Source: Eledone cirrhosa
Lineage: Eukaryota
Length of the DNA: 64,000 bases
Assembly: GCA_964016885.1 (NCBI GenBank)
Contig: OZ024741.1
Span: forward strand, 203,484,001-203,548,000
Reading direction: 5' to 3'
Below, in pieces: positions 1-13,860 of this stretch. A model generated the notes under the pieces. That model was given only the letters and a program-made list of their open reading frames with translations, was not told where the DNA came from and ran no database searches. Both the position numbers and the translations under genes were made by a program. The first letter of the stretch is position 1, and each line of letters opens with the position of its first letter.

Positions 1-22
1 ATATATATATATATATATTATA

Positions 23-96
<74 letters not shown>

Positions 97-102
<6 letters not shown>

Positions 103-763
103 TATGAAGAGAGAAGAAACATTTAGATATAATTAGTAATAAAATGTATCATACCTAAACTGTTCCTAAATTCCTCGACTACGTAGTTTCGTGGCATAAA
201 CAAAAACAATATATCAAAGATATAGAGTCCTTGCGAGGTCTGCCGACTTATCAAGAGGATACCTCATTTTACTAATCTCAAGAACGCGTCTACACGACGT
301 GAGAAAGAATCCCAAAAGGCGGAGGGGGAGATAGTCACGCGATATAACGGTCGAGAAACAGAGCTAAGCCTCTTATAACCACGAAGAAAATACCACGGAG
401 GCGGAGGGGGTATTCATATCGAGGCCGCAGAAGAGGTAGTGAAGAAGGCGAGAAGTATGAGTAATGGAAGCTTTCCAGTTGTCCCCACACTTCAAAGATT
501 GCTTCTCGACCGTTATATCGCGTGACTATCTCCCCCTCCGCCTTTTGAGATTCTTTCTCACGTCGTGTAGACGCGTTCTTGAGATTAGTAAAATGAGGTA
601 TCCTCTTGATAAGTCGGCAGACCTCGCAAGGACTCTATATCTTTGATATATTGTTTTTGTTTATGCCACGAAACTACGTAGTCGAGGAATTTAGGAACAG
701 TTTAGGTATGATACATTTTATTACTAATTATATCTAAATGTTTCTTCTCTCTTCATAATGTAT
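97..763. repeat. Fold-back (inverted repeat), ~260-bp arms 97-357 / 503-763; probable PLE pLTR-derived fragment
   Basis: The arms are near-exact reverse complements (e.g. CTACGTAGTTTCGTGGCATAA vs TTATGCCACGAAACTACGTAG). Each arm carries an HHR-like motif, and the left end abuts (TA)n. Confidence 0.85.
601..688 (+). ncRNA. Degenerate minimal type I hammerhead ribozyme (mirror copy 172-259, - strand)
   Basis: Stem I TCCTC/GAGGA; core TTGATAA (2 changes from CTGATGA); stem II GTCGGCA...TGCCAC; GAAA; palindromic stem III CTACGTAG; GTC cleavage triplet. Confidence 0.55.
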
Positions 764-919
764 TTTTAACTCTGATACTGGTTCAGTCTGGTTCAAACTG
801 AATTGGTCTGTCCCAGTCATTCATTGAGCAACATCGGTGAAGTTGGCACCCTTAACTCACAGTTGGGTGCGGATGCATTCATGTATATATGTGTGTGTCC
901 GCATGTATCTGTGTGTTTC

Positions 920-957
<38 letters not shown>

Positions 958-959
<2 letters not shown>

Positions 960-1362
960 TTGTACTTGGGGAGAGTCATATTGTAATAATATTGCCAGAA
1001 ATAATAACAGAACACACTCAATGTTTGGTTGGTTTTCGCTTCTGTATCTTTGATATGTATGTATATATATGTATGTAAAATGTAAACAGAAATAACAACA
1101 CAATCGGCACAGTATACAGTATATGGAAGGGATATATTAGGTTAACGCTTGATATAGCAGGAAGAGGGTCTTAACGTTTCTGACGCTAGTCCTTCATCAG
1201 AAGAAAGAATGAGAAATAGGTTAGATTGAGGGGACGGGCGAAATAGGAGAAAATGTCTTTAGATAAAAATAACAGGTCCATTCATGTTGACATCTCTTGC
1301 AAAACTGTTGGTGCTGGCGTTTTGCGTATGATTTATTTTGTGAAAAGTGGAAGATGGAGCGC

Positions 1363-1365
<3 letters not shown>
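958..1365 (-). mobile_element. PLE pLTR-like dispersed repeat (other copies 2495-3075 +, 56415-56700 +; tail shared with 42590-42700 and 45430-45525)
   Basis: Several diverged copies lie in the window, bounded by (TA)n. It contains an HHR, and its tail GGGGAGRGTCATA..TTGCCAGAA matches the 3' end of the PLE at 42590. Confidence 0.7.
1169..1204 (-). ncRNA. Minimal type I hammerhead ribozyme
   Basis: Reverse complement reads TCTT CTGATGA A GGAC TAGC GTCA GAAA CG TTA AGA. Stem I is TCTT/AAGA and stem III is the palindrome AACGTT. Confidence 0.7.
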
Positions 1366-1420
<55 letters not shown>

Positions 1421-1512
1421 TATATATAGAGTTATAAACTCAAACAGTCTTTTACAATTAAATAGCTCAAAGAAAGAGATATTTCTGAGCCCTGAAATAC
1501 AAATTAATAGAT

Positions 1513-2098
1513 GATAAACACTAATACAAGTATATAAGTGTTTGTATTGCAAATGACCAAGTTAGCTAGATTGAAAAATACTAATTAAATTAATACAGTT
1601 TGCCTGTCTCGATTTAAAATAATAAATCAATAAAAACAAACCCATATTGGCAATAGCCGTGATACCTGGACAAATTTAAATTTCAAAACTCAAATCTGTT
1701 TCGCAACAATAAGTGAAAATTCCATTTCTAGTCCCATAAAAACGGCTGCTATTTCTGGCGGCACGAGTATAGGACTGGCTAGACGCTGGGACACCATGTG
1801 CGTTCAACAACACAGTTCTCTCAGTCTTCCTAAGTATTTTGAAGTGAAACATACCAATTTCTGGATACCTGCAGCTGAGCACAGAAATGGAATTTTCACT
1901 TATTGTTGCGAAACAGATTTGAGTTTTGAAATTTAAATTTGTCCAGGTATCACGGCTATTGCCAATATGGGTTTGTTTTTATTGATTTATTATTTTAAAT
2001 CGAGACAGGCAAACTGTATTAATTTAATTAGTATTTTTCAATCTAGCTAACTTGGTCATTTGCAATACAAACACTTAAATACTTGTATTAGTGTTTAT
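1513..2098. repeat. Fold-back, ~215-bp arms 1513-1729 / 1884-2098
   Basis: Near-perfect reverse-complement arms (ATAAACACTAATACAAG...CCATTTCT / AGAAATGG...GTATTAGTGTTTAT), near (TA)n tracts. Confidence 0.85.
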
Positions 2099-2099
2099 G

Positions 2100-2207
<108 letters not shown>

Positions 2208-2416
2208 TGACAATAAGGAGGGACACCTATAATTTGAGCTTGTTTATAGAATTCTTTCTGCCTTTGTCAGTCTAAGTAAAGCTTTAAAGAATTGGCTTTT
2301 AAAGAATTCCCCTTTCTTTAAACCCATCAACCATGACTGACCTCCACCCATCCCACTCCGCACCCTCTCCTACCACCAGAAAAGTTTTAAATACCACCAT
2401 ATTTACTTGGACAGTC

Positions 2417-2467
2417 AGATTGCTGATGATTTCTCACGAATGAAACAGTTCTAGTCCTGTAGAATCT
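2417..2467 (+). ncRNA. Type I hammerhead ribozyme (degenerate copy at ~34675-34720)
   Basis: AGATT G CTGATGA T TTC TCAC GAA T GAAA CAG TTCTAGTC CTG TA G AATCT: intact core, three stems and a GTA cleavage triplet. Confidence 0.65.
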
Positions 2468-2654
2468 CTTATATATATATATATATATATATATACGCGC
2501 TCCATCATCCTCTTTTCACAAAATAAATCATACGCAAAACGCCAGCACCAACAGTTTTGCAAGAGATGTCAACATGAATGGACCTGTTATTTTTATCTAA
2601 AGACATTTTTTACTATTCCGCCCGTCCCCTTAATCTATCTTATTTCTCATTCTT

Positions 2655-2690
2655 TCCTCTGATGAAGGACTAGCGTTCGAAACGTTAAGA
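2655..2690 (+). ncRNA. Minimal type I hammerhead ribozyme in pLTR-like repeat
   Basis: TCCT CTGATGA A GGAC TAGC GTTC GAAA CG TTA AGA. Confidence 0.65.
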
Positions 2691-2856
2691 CCCTATGCCT
2701 GCTATATCAAGCGTTAACCTAATATATCCCTTCCATATACTGTACCGATTGTGTTTTTATTTCTGTTTACCTTTTACATACATATATATACATACATATA
2801 AAAGATACAGAAACGAAAACCAACCAAACACTGAGTGTGTTCTGTTATTATTTCTG

Positions 2857-3024
2857 TATCGGTAGAGGGTTAGACGCCATGCTTTCTAGCATAGTTACGT
2901 CCCATTACGGTCTGAATTCAAATCCCGCCAATGTTAACTTTGCCTTTCATCCTTATGGGGTCGATAAAATAAAATACCAGTAATGCACTGGGTAATAGCT
3001 GGCCTTGTGCCTAAAGTAGAAACA
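2857..3024 (+). mobile_element. tRNA-derived SINE (family 1) inserted into a pLTR-like repeat with a 10-bp TSD
   Basis: B-box-like GAATTCAAATCC and body CTTTGCCTTTCATCCTTATGGGGTCGATAAA. ATTATTTCTG is duplicated at 2847-2856 and 3025-3034. Further copies at ~45205-45305 (-), 47400-47550 (-), 48095-48235 (+), 52930-53040 (+). Confidence 0.75.
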
Positions 3025-3068
3025 ATTATTTCTGGCAATATTATTACAACAATATGACCCTCCCCAAG

Positions 3069-3110
<42 letters not shown>

Positions 3111-3111
3111 T

Positions 3112-4507
3112 ATTTGTGAAATGGGCGGTGGTTGAAATTCTGATGTGCACGGTTAAATGGTAGTAGACGTGGTCGGACGGACATGAAAATTTACAAATTT
3201 ACACACCTATGTAAAAAGTGCCAAGGAAGCAAATAGACGAGGTTTCAAATCTCTAACTTGAAAAAGGTGGTCTCTGGGGCCGAAAACTATTGCGTTCGGT
3301 GAGTTATTTCCCCCTGTTCTAATACTTTTGTGTTATTTACAATTTCATACAAATTTTTAAACTCATCAACGTTCTTTCGCTGTTAACATACAGTACCAAT
3401 AATTTGAAAATTATTATTGAAAGTTTATTATAAATAAGCAGTTTGAGGGAAAAAATAGAAATATGCACTTGGGGCTGGACAGCGTACAATGAGAAGTGGA
3501 GCGACGTGAAAAGCGTTGTTTATTATCAGCGAAATAGCAATGTCGATGATATGCAAGTTTGAAAATGCAGATTAATAAAGTGTTGCCTTCTACAGTACGT
3601 TTCATGTTCATTTTTCAATTAGAGTTGCTGTATATTAAATTTAAATACTTCTATAACGATCATACAGTACCGTAAATAAAACCCTTACATTGCGAACCCC
3701 CTGTTCTAATACTGGGGTTAATTATTTTCTCCTCTTCTAATAAACGTCTAATTGAGTTATTTCCTCCTGTTCTACTAATTTCAATATTCATTGTTTTAAT
3801 TACAATTTCATACAAATTTTTTAACTCATTCATTTCTTTCGCTGCGTTCTTTCGCAGCGTTCTTTCGCTGTTAACATACAGTACCGTTTTATGAAATCAA
3901 TTCTGCAGTACCATTTTACGAAATGCCAAACCGAAAACAGTCACTGTTTTCCATCAAAAGAAATAAAACCCTTAAATTGTGAAGAAGGGAGTCATGTTCT
4001 CAAGTACGTTTTTTCAGATATCATTTTCATTTTAATTCTAATACATGTTAACCACCACTAACAATAAGTAGTATTTTTCAATTCATTGTCTTATTTAAAA
4101 TAACATATCAAAGACAACGTTATTTCGCTGTTAATAAACTTTTGGCTTCTACAGTACGTTTCATTTTTAGTTTAAAATTACATTTGCTCTATATTAAATT
4201 TAAATAATTCTATAATGATCATACAGTACTGTTTTATGAAATCGATTCTGCAGTAGAATTTTACGAAATTCCAAACCGAAAAAGGTAAGTGTTTTCTAAC
4301 AAAAGAAATAAAACCCTTTCATTGCGAACCCCTTGTTCTAATACTGGGGTTAGTTATTTCCTCCTCTTCTAATAAACATCTAATATATAGAGGCCCCTAT
4401 TTGCTTCCTTGGCACTTTTTACATAGGTGTGTAAATTTTCATGTCCGTCCGACCACGTCTACTACCATTTAACCGTGCACATCTGAATTTCAACCACCAC
4501 CCATTTC

Positions 4508-4513
<6 letters not shown>
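3112..4513. mobile_element. Non-autonomous element with ~120-bp terminal inverted repeats (3112-3236 / 4397-4513) in (TA)n
   Basis: The termini are reverse complements. The interior is non-coding with repeated blocks (TTGCGAACCCC.TGTTCTAATACTGGGGTTA; CATACAGTAC). Confidence 0.6.
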
Positions 4514-4557
<44 letters not shown>

Positions 4558-4561
4558 GTTT

Positions 4562-4690
<129 letters not shown>

Positions 4691-4745
4691 GCAACGGGTC
4701 ACTTTGTGGCTCAATGAAGAGTTAATAAATAAAACAATCAGAGCT

Positions 4746-5347
4746 ATATATCATAAAACATGTCTATAGAATCACCAGATAAAATATATACCGTTTCCTC
4801 TCCCAATTAGCATAATTAACCATATAAAAAATCAATTAGACCAAGCTATAAGAATAAAGGCTCCTATGAAGAAATCTCCGACAAATAACCGAAAGCAGCC
4901 CTTCGCGGCGGTTGCGACGGAGTATTTATCGAGTATTTCGACAGCGTGTATAAATCGACCAGATATACAGTCAACTAAACAGAATTAGGTGTAAAATAAA
5001 CTAGGAGAAAAGTGAACATATTTAGTTACCTCTACCATGGTTTAGTCCGCATTTTAAGATATCCGATAACATTGGAAATCTGGAGCACCGGACTCTTCAG
5101 GAGTTAGCTCAAATTTAGACAATTAATTTTCTAAACTGATCGCGCCAAGAATACATTAAAAAATGGCTAAGAATCGTGACGTGACAGCGGTCAAGTTAGA
5201 AAGAATGTGATTAGTTGCTTACGGCTGGTGGCCTTTATTCTTATAGATTGGTCTAATTGATTTTTTATATCGTTAATTATGCTAATTGGGAGAGGAAAGG
5301 ATATATATTTTATCTGGTGATTCTATAGACATGTTTTATGATATATA
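4746..5347. repeat. Fold-back, ~115-bp arms 4746-4860 / 5232-5347, with an HHR in the spacer
   Basis: Reverse-complement arms CATAAAACATGTCTATAGAATCACCAGATAAAA / TTTTATCTGGTGATTCTATAGACATGTTTTATG. Confidence 0.8.
5028..5104 (-). ncRNA. Hammerhead ribozyme, probably inactivated (GAAA>TAAA)
   Basis: Reverse complement: CTC CTGAAGA GTCCG...CGGAC TAAA CCATGG TA GAG, with palindromic stem III CCATGG. Confidence 0.6.
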
Positions 5348-5357
5348 TTTTTTTGAA

Positions 5358-5571
5358 CGATCGACTTTCGTCAAATCGGACCGAGGGAACAATGTTTCCG
5401 TTGGTCTTTCCAATTGCTAATACTATCTATCGGTCGCAACTCCAGGTAGAAGGAGCAACGTGAAATAAAGTGTCTTGCTCAAGGACATAACGCATCGCCC
5501 GGTCCAGGAATCGAACTCACAACCTTACGATTGCGAATCCAATTCTCTAACCACTCAGCCACACGCCTTCA
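5358..5571 (-). mobile_element. tRNA-derived SINE (family 2); copies at 45014-45188 (+), ~60735-60830 (-), ~60915-61030 (+), 61088-61220 (-)
   Basis: Reverse complement has A box TGGCTGAGTGG, B box GAGTTCGATTCC, then the conserved core GTCCTTGAGCAAGACACTTTATTTCACGTTGCTCC. Confidence 0.8.
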
Positions 5572-5576
5572 CTATA

Positions 5577-7819
<2,243 letters not shown>

Positions 7820-7981
7820 TAATAAAGTAATGAATAAACAAAGAAACAGTTCCTTATATTAAAAAAATTCATCATTTTACGATCGTTTCTAGGATATATA
7901 TGTGTTAGTGTTGGTATGCATATTCTATAGATCTATATATATATATATATAAGATCAAAAGATGGTTAAAAGAGTTCCATG

Positions 7982-8723
7982 TATTTTATTATGCGCATTT
8001 CAAAAACAAATATCATCATGCAATAATATTTGTGTTTGCATCAGATAAAATAGGAAGACATGATGTGAAGGTTAAAAAACACTTGTGAATAGTGCAGTTT
8101 TGAATCAACATATGAAAAGTAGTTTTAGATTGATGTGTGATATTGGGAAAAAAAATGTTGAGGGGGGTGGGGGTGGAAAGGATGAAAAAGAGGAGGAGAT
8201 GAGAGTAAAAAGTGGAGGAGGAGGAGTATAATGAGGAAGGATGAGATAGGAGGAGAGATGGGTGATAGAGAGAGCGAGATAGCTTTTATAACTGAGAAAA
8301 ATATATTGTTTTACATAGAGAGGTTGAAAAACCGTTGGAAGATAATGTTTAAATTAAAATTTTAATTTATACATTATCTTCCAACGGTTTTTCAACCTCT
8401 CTATGTAAAACAATATATTTTTCTCAGTTATAAAAGCTCTCTCTCTCTATCACCCATCTCTCCTCCTATCTCATCCTTCCTCATTATACTCCTACCCCTC
8501 CACTTTTTACTCTCATCTCCTCCTCGTTTTCATCCCCCCCCCCAAACATTTTTTTTTCCCAATATCACACATCAATCTAAAACTACTTTTCATATGTTGA
8601 TTCAAAACTGCACTATTCACAAGTGTTTTTTAACCTTCATATCATGTCTTCCTATTTTATCTGATAAAAACACAAATATTATTGCATGATGATATTTGTT
8701 TTTGAAATGCGCATAATAAAATA
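7982..8723. repeat. Spacer-less palindrome with ~370-bp arms centred at 8359/8360 and an HHR at each outer end
   Basis: Centre AAATTAAAA|TTTTAATTT; the arms are reverse complements with few indels. Confidence 0.9.
8653..8723 (+). ncRNA. Type I hammerhead ribozyme (mirror 7982-8052, - strand)
   Basis: 8-bp stem I TATTTTAT/ATAAAATA; core CTGATAA (mirror copy CTGATGC, consensus CTGATGA); long stem II ACAAATATT/GATATTTGT; GAAA; palindromic TGCGCA; ATA triplet. Confidence 0.7.
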
Positions 8724-8989
8724 TTTATTTATTTATTTATTTATTTATTAAAATAACAGATTATAGTTTAACCAAAGAATCGCTGCTTTCACTCTTAATG
8801 GGATCTTCTGAAACTCTAATCTGTTATTTTAATAAATATTTGCTCTGGGGTCCTTATACATTTTATATATATTTATCCTTATCGAGCCCTCTTTGGATTT
8901 AAGTCTTCACATTTATTATTATTACTATATATATGTGTATATATATATCTTGGTTGTCCATCGTAAACGATGATGACATCTTCTTTATT

Positions 8990-9601
8990 TTATTTTATTT
9001 CCCGTCTGCCGTGGACACGAAGGTGGCAGTGGAAGCCGATCGTTGATTTGCAGGTCCGGGGACAGTGGGGGCAAGGGAAGAGACCGGAGTCGCTAGGGGC
9101 AGCTGTTGATGCCTTTCTCCTCCTTTCACGGGTCTCAGTGACCTCTGCCCGTCTCTTCTCTTCAAAAGAGTCCTTGGTGCGTCTGGTAAGGATTCGCCTC
9201 TCAGTCCTGTCCTGAGCATGGGACTCGAGTTGTTTTGGGGTGATTCCAGTGTTGTTGATACTGGAATTCACGCAGTCTTTGAACCTCTTGAGAGGCCTGT
9301 CCAGCTTTCGTTTCCCTGAACTGAGTTCCCAATACATCAGTTGCTTCGGAAGTCTGTGATCGTCCATCCGGATGACATGTCCCACCCATCGAAGTCGGCT
9401 CTTCAGTATCATAGCTTCGACACTGGTTGTCTCAGCCATGTCAAGAACTTCGAGTTTGGAGACCATGTCCTGCCATTTGATGTTCATGATTGACCGGAGG
9501 CTGCGCATGTGGAACCGTTCCAGCTGCTTCAGGTGCCTTCTGTACAGGGTCCATGTCTCACATCCGTAGCAGAGGCTGGTGAGAATAACCGCCCTGTACA
9601 C
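8990..9601 (-). pseudogene. RTE ORF C-terminal fragment with C2H2-like motif
   Basis: YGCETWT, RLRWVGHVIRM, CPHCPRTCKSTIGFHCHLRVH. Confidence 0.88.
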
Positions 9602-9678
9602 CTTGAGCTTGGGGACTGCCTGATGTTGTGCTGGTTCAGGACGCGTGTCCTCAGGCAGCCAAGGGCTTGACTGGCCTT

Positions 9679-10371
9679 TCAGATCCTGGCATTTATCTCC
9701 TTGTCGAAGCTTCCATCGCTGCTGATGACACTGCCGAGGTACTTGAAGTCGTCCACCGTCTTTAGGTGGGTGCCTCCAATGGTGATGGAAGGAGGGTGAG
9801 TGATGGTGGAAGGTGCAGGCTGGAACAAGACCTCAGTCTTTCCAAGACTAATTGTGCGACCGGAGGGGAAGGAGGCCTCCGCGAACTTGTTGACGATGAC
9901 TTGGAGGTCAGGTTCCCTGTGGGGCATGAGGGCACAGTCGTCAGCAAAAAGTGCCTCCAGGACGAGCCTCTGCACGGTCCTTGTCTTGGCCGTCAGGCGC
10001 CGCAGGTCAAACAGGGAGCCGTCCAGTCTGTATCGCAGATACACTCCGGGCTCGTGGTCTCTGACGGCATGATTGAGCACGCAGGTGAAGAACAGGTTGA
10101 AGAGAGCCAGCACGCATCCTTGCTTGACGCCGTTGGTGATTCCGAACGGTTCTGATGCCTCTCCGCCCGAGTGCACCTGCCTGGTCATGTCGTCATGGAA
10201 TTGGCGTATCAGGCTCACAAACTTTGTCGGGCATCCAAACTTCGACAGTATCGACCAGAGGGCCTCCCTGTTGACAGTGTCGAAGGCCTTCGTCAAGTCT
10301 ATGAAGACGGCAAAGAGGTCCATGTTCTGCTCGACACACTTCTCCTGCACCTGGCGTACAGAGAAGATCAT
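9679..10371 (-). pseudogene. RTE reverse transcriptase core fragment
   Basis: DLTKAFDTV, GVKQGCVL, LFADDCAL, FKYLGS. Confidence 0.9.
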
Positions 10372-10540
10372 GTCGATCGTGCCGCTGTTTGGGCAGAACT
10401 CACACTGGGCCTAAGGCAAGTTGTCCTCCGAGATGTTGGCGATGAGGCGGTTGAGCATGACCCGAGCCAGGACCTTCCCAGCAATGGACAGGAGAGAAAT
10501 GCCCCGATAGTTGCCACAGTCAGTTTTGCTGCCTTTGTTC

Positions 10541-11749
10541 TTAAAAAGCGAGACAACTGTGCCAACCCTGAAGTATTTGGTCACCTCTTCTTTCTCCCAT
10601 ATGCTGACGAGGAGGGTGTGGAAGGCCCCCAGGGCAGCTAGACCGGTCGACTTGAAGATCTTGGCAGGAATCCCGTCCTTCCCAGGGGCCTTCCTGAGCT
10701 GGTCTGGTTGATTGACTTCGTGACTTCATCCAAAGTAGGGGGAGATCGAGGCTGCCGACTACGGGCATCTGCGGGACCTGGTCGAGGACGGTAGTGTCGA
10801 CAGTGGAGGGCCTGTTGAGCAGGTTGCTGAAGTGCTCTCTCTCCACCTCGAGTTGATGCTGCTTCTCCTTCAGCAGGATCGAGCCGTCAGCAGGCTGCAG
10901 CGGTGTGGTGATAGGCTTGGAGGGTCCGTAGACGCCCCCGGTGGCGCTGAAGAACATCTTGGAGTTCTTTGTGCCAGCGTATCTCTCAACTTCTTCGGCC
11001 TTCTTTTCCCACCACTTGTCCTGCATTCTGCGTAGCGCTGCTTGGGTCTGCCTCTGGAGGTGCTTGAAGCGGTCGCGCTTCGAGGTGGAGGAGTTGTTAT
11101 TCTGCCACTCAATGAAAGCCCTCCTCTTCTCGTCCAGGAGTTGTCTGATGCGCTCATCGTTCTCATCAAACCCGTCCTGGTGAACTCTCTTTCTCGGCCC
11201 GATGGTTGCCTTGGCTAACTCTGTCACCAGCGACCTGAACTGTTCCCACTGTTGAGTTGGGGGTCCGGTCAGTGGTCCATGGGCAGTCAGCCGGCCGTCC
11301 AGGTCTTCCGCGAACGCATCACGATGCTCTGGCTGCTTGAGTCGTGCGACGTCGAAAGCTGGCCTACAGACTTTCGGTGTCTTGCGATGCGTCGGGGTGA
11401 TGTGCAATGACAGGATGGTCCTGACAAGGCGATGGTCGGTCCAACACTCTGCACCACGCTCAACCACAGGTATTGAGAGGTCTGGTAGCTGCTTGCAGAG
11501 CGAAGTCCTGATGGCCAGGCGTACCCAGTGGATTCTGTCCTCGTCCTTTTCATTGCCCTTCCGGAAGAAGGTGTAGCCTCCTTTTGGTTCTACTATTGGT
11601 CCTTTCTCGGCGAGTCTAGTCCCGCTGAGGGCGGCTATGTCGATCCGGTAGCGAGCTAATTCCCTCGCTATGAGGGCAGTTATTCTCTCTGGCCTCAAGG
11701 AGGTATCCCTATCCATGAGGGTGCGAACATTCCATGCGCCAAGAATCAA
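10541..11749 (-). pseudogene. RTE ORF fragment: APE endonuclease (internal deletion near 11460) and linker; frameshifted
   Basis: MILGAWNVRTLMDR...; the reading jumps from PVVER to GAECWTDH, lacking the TWMHPRSK..HLID block present in the second copy. Confidence 0.85.
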
Positions 11750-12639
11750 GTTCTTCTTTCTATTATGTTGGTTTCGACCGCTTGCAAGGGTAAAACCGCC
11801 AGCCGCGGTAGACTGGCCGGCTTCGTGTGGGACGAGCGTTTATCGCCCCTCTCCTCGTGCGAGGGTGAGCTGTGCTCCCCTGAAAAGGGCTGCTCAGTCA
11901 CCCGGTGGAACGCCTGATCTGCTCTGTCATCCCAGGGTGAGGAGAACAACTTGCGCATCCAGGCAGCCCACCTGTGGATTTGAGACTGGCAACTCCCAGA
12001 GGTTACCTCCACCTGTTACCTCCGCCTCTCGCCCATCACCGCAGGACTTTGGGAGTGCACACTAAAGAAGAAACCTGTGCGGGAAAGGTTTATAGAGGGA
12101 GGTTCAGTGCACAGTGACGGTCCCCCTCATTCGGCCGCAGAAGCCAGAATCCGGTGGTACGGAGGACCGTCAGGACCAGGGACTTCCTTGGCTGCAGTGG
12201 ATGGCCACGACGTCTGTAATGCCTTGCCATGCCCAAGCGCTCCACACCGCTTGTTGTCGCCGCCTTCGTGACCGTTGGGAATATGTTGTCCTCCTCCACT
12301 CACTCCGTCGGTTCCAGTCTTCGTATGCAGGGGCAGGAATCCCCTATCTAACACATCGGGGGGTTTCAGACCCGTCCGGCTACCCTCAACCTGGTTCGGC
12401 CCGCCAGCCAAGGCGGTTTACAAGGGTGTGGTCGCTGTCGCATGCTACAGCTTCTTGGGGCCATAGGTGAGAGCTGAGTGTCAGGTGGGACCCAATGCAG
12501 GACGAGCTGTCCTGAAAAGGGCATGGCTAGCCCACCCCCTCCCCCCTACAGAGGTACATGCCCCTCCCTGAGACTCCAGGAATATACAGCCGTATATACA
12601 TACACATACATATGTACATGTGTATATACATATTTACAC

Positions 12640-12825
12640 ATTTTTGGATGGCCGTTGACTCTTATCAGTTCTTCCGCCCTTTCTCAGGTTTTGTTTTTGT
12701 CCTGCAGGGTGTCCAAAATCACCTTCCTCACCAAGTAAACTTGGTGGGGTTGCCAATGCGACAGCTTGTACTGGTTTACGTGTTACCAGTAGCATTGAAG
12801 AGTGACCTGACAATAGTATATATAT
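12640..12825 (-). mobile_element. Fragment of an RTE-5'UTR-like repeat (longer copy 37230-37830)
   Basis: Shares GGATGGCC.TTGACTCTT...TCCTCACCAAG.AA.CTTGGTGGGGTTGCCA with 37650-37755. Confidence 0.5.
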
Positions 12826-12826
12826 T

Positions 12827-12869
<43 letters not shown>

Positions 12870-12874
<5 letters not shown>

Positions 12875-13860
12875 GAAATATCCACGGTTAGTTGTGGGGT
12901 CTAGTCTGCATGAAGAACTCAATGTAATCCATATGTTGAAAATGTTGTAGGTTAAAATAAATCCCGGAAAACAATAAAACATCAAAAGGAAAACAGAGTC
13001 ATGATATAAGTTAAAACAATAAAATAAAAATTCAAGTCATTAGATATATACTTCACTGATTTACGATCGTTTCTAGGTGATTTATAATACATCGTACGCA
13101 TATTTCGTTATCGATCTATGTAGGGTTAGTTACAAAATATCAAATAAGGAATATATTTACCTACGTGTCAAAAGCCGCTGTCAAAAGCAATGAACATTTT
13201 ATTCAAAATCAATAGTAAATTGAGTTCAATGAATTATGTAGGTACCCCCAACAACCATCTTACGTATGTTCGTAATTGCAGAAATAGAAGCGTTTGCCCC
13301 TTAAATGGCAACTGTTTGATTAATAATGTAATATATAAATGCACTGTGTCTACTACTGACTCCAACAAATCATATATAGGATCTACATCGAACACATTTA
13401 AGAAAAGATATTACGCACACTACAGTAGCTTTAACAATACTAAACTAGCTAACACCACATCTTTAGCTGAAGCTGTAAATAACTATAAAATGAAAAAAAT
13501 AGATTTCAACCTATCGTGGGATAACATTCTGCAAAGAACTCCATATCTTGGGAACAGGAGAGAATGCAGATTATGTTCCGCGGAGATCTTGGAAATTAAT
13601 ATATCTAAGGACGATTTATTGAATAAAAGACAGGACCTGATTATAGCTTGTAATCACCGTATACGAAAAACATTTAAGTAATATAAACCTAATTAAACAT
13701 TCTAAATGGCAACTCACTATAGTTCTATGTGACGTACCATTTGTTAGTATCCCCTTCACCTAATTATACGCTTTCCTGTTTATTTTTAACCTTTTAATTT
13801 TTTAGCTTCCATAGATTCATGCGTTACTGACTAAGGTACATAACCACCTGTAATTGTATG
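12870..13860 (+). mobile_element. 5'-truncated Naiad-like Penelope element with inverted pLTR piece at its 5' end
   Basis: GIY-YIG ORF. Segment 13040-13165 is homologous to the inverted HHR-bearing pLTR of the 5738 element (TTTACGATCGTTTCTAGG). Confidence 0.75.
13190..13681 (+). pseudogene. PLE GIY-YIG endonuclease domain, 5'-truncated
   Basis: (R/C)NCRNRSVCPLNGNC (CxCx5C-like), VIYKC...SYIGST, FKKRYYAH, CRLC..E, LLNKR. Confidence 0.85.

Larger units (their letters stand above)
8947..12580 (-). mobile_element. Near-full-length RTE-clade LINE (APE endonuclease + RT + C-terminal C2H2-like finger), disrupted
   Basis: APE motifs GAWNVRTL, IDIAALSGTRL, TDHRLV; RT motifs FIDLTKAFD, GVKQGCVLA, FADD, FKYLGS; GC-rich ~830-bp 5'UTR; 3' end runs into (TA)n. 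Confidence 0.93.

Noticed and set aside
5495-5571. tRNA gene
   Set aside because: A/B boxes are followed by a SINE body repeated elsewhere in the window, so this is a SINE head.
9766-12470. Plus-strand ORFs over the RTE copies (also 57591-59984)
   Set aside because: They are antisense shadows of GC-rich LINE coding sequence.
12380-12560. HDV-like ribozyme at the RTE 5' end
   Set aside because: Some helices are visible (GGTGGG/CCCACC, ACAGCT/AGCTGT), but I could not build the nested double pseudoknot by eye.
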